A program made the position numbers and the translations under genes. Positions 57,874 to 64,000 of a DNA stretch of 64,000 nt are shown here, piece after piece. How positions within the stretch are numbered: the first letter of the stretch is position 1; the number at the start of each line of letters is the position of its first letter. This DNA is from a virus, in IMG/VR virus record IMGVR_UViG_3300033148_006706, positions 64,001 through 128,000 of that record, one strand, 5' to 3'. The notes beneath the pieces were generated by a model that saw nothing but the letters and a program-made list of their open reading frames with translations, made no database searches and was not told where the DNA came from.

Positions 57874-58494
57874 CTACACTTTTTTTGTAATAACGTTATT
57901 ATATTTATCTACTTCATATCCTTCAGATACGAGCTTCGACTTATTATCAAAATATTTCCATCTGTTACGAGGATCAGTTATATCGTTTAAAATTTTTTTA
58001 AGAAAATATGTACAAGGAATTTTTAATTTAAATCTTTTTATTTCATTTGTTACAAGATTTCTTATTATAAGTTCATCTACTTTCATAATTACTTTTTCTA
58101 TTCGCCATTTTACTTCCTTTTCTTGAATAATCCCCCCACTTGGTGTAATATCCTTAAGGGATATATCCCCCCTTGAAACCATACAGTTAAGCTCCTCAGT
58201 TGTAAATTTCTGCTCATATTTAACAACTTGAATCATAATTGGATAATGCTCATTTATAAGTTTTTGACGTATATCATAAATATTCGATTTCACATCTTTT
58301 GTAAAATCAAAATTAAAATCAAATAATTTTTTCTTTTTGTAATCTTTTCCTACATAATGATAAAGAGTAACTCCTTTATCCGTTATGATAGGATTATGTA
58401 AAAAAAGGGGGGATTTAGAACAAAAATTTTTAAATCTTTTTTCAAATTCATCTAGAAAAATTCTCACATCAATTTTTTCATCATTTACTATCAT
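57874..58494 (-). CDS. Hypothetical protein
   Basis: GAGG RBS; in replication operon. Confidence 0.55.
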   Translation of the reverse strand: MIVNDEKIDVRIFLDEFEKRFKNFCSKSPLFLHNPIITDKGVTLYHYVGKDYKKKKLFDFNFDFTKDVKSNIYDIRQKLINEHYPIMIQVVKYEQKFTTEELNCMVSRGDISLKDITPSGGIIQEKEVKWRIEKVIMKVDELIIRNLVTNEIKRFKLKIPCTYFLKKILNDITDPRNRWKYFDNKSKLVSEGYEVDKYNNVITKKV

Positions 58495-58520
58495 TTGAGT
58501 ATTACCTCGTTTCCTATATC

Positions 58521-59600
58521 TTAGTAATCTTTGAACTTGGATAGAGCAACATGAATCTCTTTATTAGTCAAGCCTATAATATTATAGGCGTTCTTATCTT
58601 TATCAGTAAGATCAATCTGAATTAGAATATCAGAGTCATCAATAACATTGATAGCTTCATAAAAGCTCCTTCTAGCGATCCAAAATCCATACCCAATTTG
58701 ATCTTCATCAATTTTTTCAACGTTTACAACATGTTTAATTCTGGTATAAGCGTCGTCATCTGACTTTATTAATATGTGTTTTTCATCTATTGCCTCTATG
58801 TAAACTCTCTCATTTACCTCATTATAAACGAATTGCCCTACAAATTCGAGGTTTTCTAAAAAAGAGTCTTTTTTAATATGAATAAATTTATCATGTGTGT
58901 ATAAATTTATAATATCATCTGAATCTAAATTTTCAGGTATCTTTAATTCTAAATATTCAACAAATTGAATTTTTATTTCTTTATTTTCATCGCAAATAAA
59001 AAGTTGTTTTTTATCTTTATTAAAATAAATTTGTAATTCTCTGAACGGCAATGCTTTTATAACAGAAACAACCGACCTGTTAAAATCTGCATGATAATCT
59101 ATTTCTTGATCACTATTTAAGACGGCTTCATAAAGACACGTCCCATCCGTACTTACAATCTTATTCTTATAAAAACGAACCCCCCCATAATTTCTAGCCG
59201 ACTCATCACCGGCAAATTCCAAGCCTTTTATCATTTTTTGAATGCCCTCAGAACTTAGGCTAAATTTCTTCGCATTATCAAAATCAAAATTTATATAATA
59301 AAAAAAATCAGAACCAGAGAACGAGTATAAATTATATTCATTATTTCCCACGCAAAAAGCTTTATTTTCTTTTACTTTTAACTCCTCAAAAATAGCACAA
59401 AGAGCAAGTAATTCCTTACCTGCTACATAGAAGTTATCCACTTTGTCTGGATCAACAGTATGCTGAAATTGAACTTCAGCAATAAAATTATCGCTAGTTA
59501 TTCTAAAAACAGATTCTTTAAAATCGAGATAAACCTGATTTTCATTGGCCATTCTAACTAAGTTAGAAAATTTAGAAAATTTCTCTGTAATAATCTTCAA
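58521..59600 (-). CDS. DNA sliding clamp, beta (DnaN)-like
   Basis: 359 aa (clamp-sized), acidic, RNYGGVRF...VSTDG motif; DnaX-like loader in the same genome. Confidence 0.6.
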   Translation of the reverse strand: MKIITEKFSKFSNLVRMANENQVYLDFKESVFRITSDNFIAEVQFQHTVDPDKVDNFYVAGKELLALCAIFEELKVKENKAFCVGNNEYNLYSFSGSDFFYYINFDFDNAKKFSLSSEGIQKMIKGLEFAGDESARNYGGVRFYKNKIVSTDGTCLYEAVLNSDQEIDYHADFNRSVVSVIKALPFRELQIYFNKDKKQLFICDENKEIKIQFVEYLELKIPENLDSDDIINLYTHDKFIHIKKDSFLENLEFVGQFVYNEVNERVYIEAIDEKHILIKSDDDAYTRIKHVVNVEKIDEDQIGYGFWIARRSFYEAINVIDDSDILIQIDLTDKDKNAYNIIGLTNKEIHVALSKFKDY

Positions 59601-59637
59601 TTTGCTTCTCCTTAATGCTTAATTTTTTACATGATAT

Positions 59638-59666
59638 AATATATATTAATTTTAAGAAAATTTTAA
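59638..59666 (-). promoter_or_regulatory. Putative middle-type promoter TTAAAA-N17-TATATT
   Basis: Heads the clamp-to-PolA operon; back-to-back with ACTAACAT at 59666-59673 (+). Confidence 0.5.
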
Positions 59667-59679
59667 CTAACATTACACT

Positions 59680-60075
59680 ATGAAGAATTTAACAACAATT
59701 CAAGTATTTATAGTGTTTCCAAAAAGAAAAGATAAATGGAAATATTATATTAATGACAATCTTAAAGATAGTCATACTCTCCATCGTGATAAAATTCAAC
59801 AACTCATATTACAATATATAAACTCTAAAGCTGGTAATCAAGTAATAGAGCATCTAAACAAATATCATGCTTTCATAGTATATACAAAACAGAATAAAGT
59901 ATATAGATTACAAGTCGATAAGGAGTCAGCATTTAAACAAATGAAAGAAAAATTCAACAGAGAAGCATTTAATGCAGATAAAATTTATAAAAAAATAAAA
60001 AAAGAGCAAACAAAAAATGAAGATGATATGTTTATCTCTCAAAATAATGCGCTATTGAAAAAAATCTTAAAATAA
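59680..60075 (+). CDS. Hypothetical protein
   Basis: ACTAACAT 6 nt upstream; TAATG-coupled to the next gene. Confidence 0.55.
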   Translation: MKNLTTIQVFIVFPKRKDKWKYYINDNLKDSHTLHRDKIQQLILQYINSKAGNQVIEHLNKYHAFIVYTKQNKVYRLQVDKESAFKQMKEKFNREAFNADKIYKKIKKEQTKNEDDMFISQNNALLKKILK

Positions 60076-60974
60076 TGTATCTTTTAAAAAAAACGCCTAT
60101 GACCAACTTAAACGAAAAACAAAAAGAATTTCAATATCTTATTAACGACATTACTAATGAAAAATCACTTTATTATCTTTTCACAAAGCACACAAAAGAA
60201 CCGTCGTATAAAACAGAATATAAAATTATTTACAGACTTGTTAATCTGCAGTATGACGATCAAATAATTGAAAAGTTTTTTAAAACTTTTATCTGGAAAA
60301 ATACAAATCTTAAGCAAAACAGAATAAACTCTCTCCGATCGTCTATCCAAAAAGCCAGAGTCTATTATAATAACCATAAAAGCAAGTTTGACTATGAATA
60401 TGATATAATTATTGGACAAGTAGACTACTTTACAGCTTTGACAGTTTATGAAAGAGTAACGCTTAGGGCAATTTTAAGAATTGCAAAAACTATAGGCCGA
60501 TTCGATAATTTACAACTATCCTTAAGAAGAATAGCTAAAAAATCAGGAATAACTCCTCCTGCGGTTAATAATAATATTAAGAAACTTATAAAAAAAGAAA
60601 TTATAGCAAAAGTAAAAAAAGGTAAAATGAAAGTAGCTACAATTTACACCATAAACAAAGATAGGATACTTAAATCTATTTTTTCCAAAGAAAATCTAAA
60701 AATAGATAGCGTATCTGTTAAATCTAGCAAAAATAAAACTAATGCGAGAATATTCGGCGGGGGGGAGTTGGGCAAAACAGGGTATCTTATCTTAAATATG
60801 TTTTTAGACAACCCAAAAAAAGAATTTAGCATCCAGGAAATATCTAAAGCATTAGCAATAAGTTTTCCAACCTCTAAAAAGAAAATTGATTTTTTAGAAA
60901 GAGAGAAATATTTAAAATCGAGAGAAGTAAAAACTAAAGGGAGACCTAAAAGAATGTATAGACTAAGAGATTGA
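60075..60974 (+). CDS. Tandem winged-HTH DNA-binding protein (possible origin-binding protein)
   Basis: SLRRIAKKSGITPPAVNNNIKKL and SIQEISKALAISFPT...GRPKRMY wHTH motifs. Confidence 0.65.
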   Translation: MYLLKKTPMTNLNEKQKEFQYLINDITNEKSLYYLFTKHTKEPSYKTEYKIIYRLVNLQYDDQIIEKFFKTFIWKNTNLKQNRINSLRSSIQKARVYYNNHKSKFDYEYDIIIGQVDYFTALTVYERVTLRAILRIAKTIGRFDNLQLSLRRIAKKSGITPPAVNNNIKKLIKKEIIAKVKKGKMKVATIYTINKDRILKSIFSKENLKIDSVSVKSSKNKTNARIFGGGELGKTGYLILNMFLDNPKKEFSIQEISKALAISFPTSKKKIDFLEREKYLKSREVKTKGRPKRMYRLRD

Positions 60975-60983
60975 AAGGGGGGA

Positions 60984-61065
60984 CTTTTTTAAATAGATTA
61001 ACAATTCTTATATTAATATATATATATTAATATTAATATATGAATTGTAAACCTATTTAAAAAAG
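60984..61065. repeat. 36-bp AT-rich inverted repeat (3 mismatches), candidate origin/cruciform
   Basis: Arms 60984-61019 and 61030-61065. Confidence 0.8.
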
Positions 61066-61129
61066 ATCCTAATATATACTCCTGTTAAATATGATAAAAA
61101 TATAGAAAATATGCCCGCCAAGTGCCGAC

Positions 61130-61158
61130 TTAAATTTTTTTCTGTTTATGTGTATATT
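61130..61158 (+). promoter_or_regulatory. Putative middle-type promoter TTAAAT-N17-TATATT
   Basis: Upstream of the SSB-like gene. Confidence 0.45.
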
Positions 61159-61260
61159 AGATATGTAAAGTAGAATTTGTGATATTGTATATCACATTTA
61201 AAAGATCATCTGAATAGATGATATAAAAAATTATTTATATTTATTTATAGGAGGCTATAA

Positions 61261-62670
61261 ATGGGAATTAATGACTTTACAGAAGATATGTTTAACAGTG
61301 CAATTAAGAAGCACAAAGAGGAAATTGAGAGAGAATCTCAAAGAGGAGCAACATTTGTAAGAAATTTTGAAGATATAGTGTATTCTGCACTTCAGACAAA
61401 TCAATTAAAGTTTATACGAATTATTGGTGTTCCGATGGAACACAGATTAGCTTATGATCCATTATATTCACCAAAGCTTGTTTATATTTCCTGGATAGAA
61501 GACGATGGAGGAAATAGAATGCGGGTAGTTTGGCCTAATAGGCTAGAAGATAGAAATTGGCCACTTTATCGAATAATGGATAAAGTTCTCTCTTATGATT
61601 ATATAAGAGAAACTAATAGTAAACTTTATCATTACAGTAAAAAATATCCAAAGCTTTTCAATAGAGTATTTAGAAATTTACGTATAAGAGACATGGATCT
61701 TAAAGAAGATGGAGAGTTGACTAAAGAATGCAGGGAAAGTATTAATCCTTATGAAACAGGATGGAGACCATCCCAGTATGTGGTTATGAATGTTATTGAT
61801 AGAGCCATGTACGATTGGCACAGAAAAAATAAGCATACAGTAATTCTTTCAAAGAAGTCAACTTTAAGAACTCGTTTAGATGGATCCCAGTATTTTATAT
61901 ATGAGCCGGGAGTACCTAGGACAGTATATGATCTGCTAATGAGTGATGAAATTGCAGGAGCGTATGGATACTTTAAAAAGTATGATATTATTATTAAAAA
62001 GCTTAATGGGGATCCTTGGTATAAAATGTATCACCCAGAAGAAGAGAAAAAGTTTATGGGGTCTTTTAACTCAAAGCAAGAATTTCTAGAAGAATATCCT
62101 TTTTATAATCCAGAAGTGCATCTTGGAGATTTAACAGATGAAGAATTGAGTTGGGAAAAATACAATTTCGATAAAATTTATAAAGTTACTTCGTATCAGA
62201 AAATCCTAAATAGATTAGGAAATTTTATAAAAGATTATGATAGGAAATTCAACGATAGGTTATACGAAGAATTGGAATATCTTGCAGAAGAGGAAAGAAA
62301 GAATTACAAGGAAGAACAAGATGAAGATAAAGAAAATGTTAATGTTTATGAAGGCCCTAGTGAGAGGTCTTCTTCTCAACCTGTAGGAGAAAATCCTCTT
62401 CCTGTAAGAGAAAGATCAAGCAGTGAACGAGCTAGAGAAGAAAAGTTTGATGTGGAACTTTTTAAAGAAAAAGGATTTAAAGGAATCGATGCATTGACTA
62501 GTGATGAGAAAAAAATAATTGTAGGATATGACGAGGAAAGAGAAACTTTTATTTATAGTACAGATGAAGATTTATTTGCATGTATAAATTCTAAAGATGA
62601 GAATGATCCATGTCCAATGATAACTCCTGAGAGTTTTTCAGTTTGCCCGAGGTGTGGGGCTAAATTTTAG
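61261..62670 (+). CDS. Probable single-stranded DNA-binding protein (gp32-like) with C-terminal Cys cluster
   Basis: FIRII, YVVMNVIDR, YDIIIKK patterns; acidic linker; terminal CPRCG; strong AGGAGG RBS. Confidence 0.45.
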   Translation: MGINDFTEDMFNSAIKKHKEEIERESQRGATFVRNFEDIVYSALQTNQLKFIRIIGVPMEHRLAYDPLYSPKLVYISWIEDDGGNRMRVVWPNRLEDRNWPLYRIMDKVLSYDYIRETNSKLYHYSKKYPKLFNRVFRNLRIRDMDLKEDGELTKECRESINPYETGWRPSQYVVMNVIDRAMYDWHRKNKHTVILSKKSTLRTRLDGSQYFIYEPGVPRTVYDLLMSDEIAGAYGYFKKYDIIIKKLNGDPWYKMYHPEEEKKFMGSFNSKQEFLEEYPFYNPEVHLGDLTDEELSWEKYNFDKIYKVTSYQKILNRLGNFIKDYDRKFNDRLYEELEYLAEEERKNYKEEQDEDKENVNVYEGPSERSSSQPVGENPLPVRERSSSERAREEKFDVELFKEKGFKGIDALTSDEKKIIVGYDEERETFIYSTDEDLFACINSKDENDPCPMITPESFSVCPRCGAKF

Positions 62671-62705
62671 ATTAAAAAAAAGTTTTTTTAAATATTATTT
62701 GATTT

Positions 62706-62757
62706 AAAATGGTCGTCTACAGAATGATGAAAAAAAATTGTGGGCGATCATTTTTTT
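62706..62757 (+). terminator. Probable intrinsic terminator
   Basis: TGGTCGTCTACAG/TTGTGGGCGATCA stem followed by a T-run. Confidence 0.5.
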
Positions 62758-62768
62758 ACTAAGTTTTT

Positions 62769-63062
62769 ATGGATGTTAAAGAAAAAAATAAATATAGACA
62801 GAGCAGGCAATGGAAAGAATTTAGAAAAAGAATTTTAAAAGATAGAGATTATACCTGTGAAGTTTGCAAAATAAAAAAGAAAAAAGGACTGCATATTCAT
62901 CACTTTGATGAATCTGCCTATGGAAGGGAAAAAGAATCAGATGTTGTTCTTCTCTGTTCTGTTTGTCACAGGCTTGTTGAGTGGATATTATCAAGAACTA
63001 AGAATAAAATAGATATAGATGATTTCTGCAACAATTTAAAGAGGGTATGCTATAGAGATTAA
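62769..63062 (+). CDS. HNH endonuclease
   Basis: RDYTCEVC, HIHH, LLCSVCH. Confidence 0.85.
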   Translation: MDVKEKNKYRQSRQWKEFRKRILKDRDYTCEVCKIKKKKGLHIHHFDESAYGREKESDVVLLCSVCHRLVEWILSRTKNKIDIDDFCNNLKRVCYRD

Positions 63063-63099
63063 AAAAATTTTTCTACAGCTTTTGTATTACTAACATATT

Positions 63100-63939
63100 G
63101 TGATGAAACAAAAAGAATTATTGCCACATGAAAAGGCAATTATTAAAAGTAAAAGCAGGAGGAAGGACGGGAAAATATTATATAAGAATACGTGTGCCTA
63201 TTGTGGTAACATTGTGGAATATTTCCACGGGGGGAGGCCTGAGATTTGTCCTGCATGTGGTGAAGATGATTATATAAAACCAGTTACGGAGACAAGGCTT
63301 TTTTTACTTCAGAGAGAATATTTTGATAGAAATAGAGACCCTGAAGTTTTAAGTAGCTTATATATTTTAATGGTGGAGTATGCCAAATCTCTTGTTAAGA
63401 AAACATTACCCAAAACATTCACTTATCATTTTGATAGAGTTGAAGAAAAGGCGGCGGATGCCGCCAGTCTTATAATAAGTCTTTATTTAGAAAAACCTGA
63501 TTTCAAGATAGAAAAATCTTTTGCTGGATTCTTAAAGACTAAGATAAAACAGGTGCTCTGGAATAAAAAATTACAAAATGAAGAGGATCATGAATCTATT
63601 TACGATACTGTTAATGATGATATTGATAAAGAGATCTTACAACTTCCAAATGTATTAAAATTTGAGACAATTTTTCCTCATTATTCAGATTATAGACAAA
63701 GAGAGCATGAGAAGGAGGAGCTTTTAAAAGGGATTCGAAGTATAATTGAAAAAATATCGGAGACGGTAGAAAAAGAATATAATAAATATTATATGCTTCT
63801 TACACTTATAGGAATTTATCAATATATAATAAATCAGGGAAATATAGAAAAGTTTTATACATGCTTTGGCTCATTATATTCGAAAGAATTAATTGAAAAA
63901 AGTATGGCTATTATTTATGAATTTTTGAAGGATCATTAG
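63100..63939 (+). CDS. Zinc-ribbon + sigma-region-2-like protein
   Basis: CAYCG...CPACG; YAKSLV...EEKAADAA...KSFAGFL. Confidence 0.45.
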   Translation: MMKQKELLPHEKAIIKSKSRRKDGKILYKNTCAYCGNIVEYFHGGRPEICPACGEDDYIKPVTETRLFLLQREYFDRNRDPEVLSSLYILMVEYAKSLVKKTLPKTFTYHFDRVEEKAADAASLIISLYLEKPDFKIEKSFAGFLKTKIKQVLWNKKLQNEEDHESIYDTVNDDIDKEILQLPNVLKFETIFPHYSDYRQREHEKEELLKGIRSIIEKISETVEKEYNKYYMLLTLIGIYQYIINQGNIEKFYTCFGSLYSKELIEKSMAIIYEFLKDH

Positions 63940-64000
63940 AATTATGGATAATGTATATGCTAACACCTGGGAATATAAAATAAAGCGAGCTTTTAGAAAA

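Noticed and set aside
1334-60832. Numerous short antisense or overlapping ORFs in the track (e.g. 1334..1516, 12430..12693, 44255..44842, 54384..54803)
   Set aside because: Shadows of longer motif-bearing genes, with no RBS or recognisable motifs
62769-63062. HNH gene as the homing partner of the split intein
   Set aside because: About 30 kb away, of the small terminase-associated type; nothing links it to the ugd locus
1-64000. Stop-codon reassignment
   Set aside because: Genes are full length and densely packed under the standard code; TAA, TAG and TGA all end recognisable genes

Overview
This is a 64-kb internal segment of a large, AT-rich, lytic-type myovirus-like phage genome read with the standard genetic code. 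Layout: (1-16.5 kb, +) baseplate wedge genes, two tail fibres and a lysis cassette that includes a class-3 lipase; (16.5-26.3 kb, -) primase, DnaX-like clamp loader, rIIA/rIIB, thymidylate kinase; (26.3-38.4 kb, -) a 12-kb glycan island with NeuB, NeuA, a GT29 sialyltransferase-like protein, four Maf/GT42-like transferases, GT2/GT-B/GT8 enzymes, a sulfotransferase, a methyltransferase and a UDP-glucose dehydrogenase; (38.4-48.4 kb, -) M23/SLT, a sigma-like gene and an early-type region of small genes; (48.5-59.6 kb, -) PolA, DHH, UDG, SNF2 helicase, 5'-3' exonuclease, metallophosphoesterase, sliding clamp; (59.7-64 kb, +) wHTH protein, a large AT-rich inverted repeat, SSB-like, HNH and sigma-like genes. 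Three observations stand out. First, the UDP-glucose dehydrogenase is split into two genes by a natural split intein inserted exactly at its catalytic Cys. Second, a family of anticodon-less tRNA-like (T-arm + acceptor) RNA elements, most followed by a hairpin, separates the early genes. Third, the nonulosonic-acid glycosylation island sits behind the same late-type motif as the virion genes. All functional calls come from motif recognition by eye; no database searches were run.
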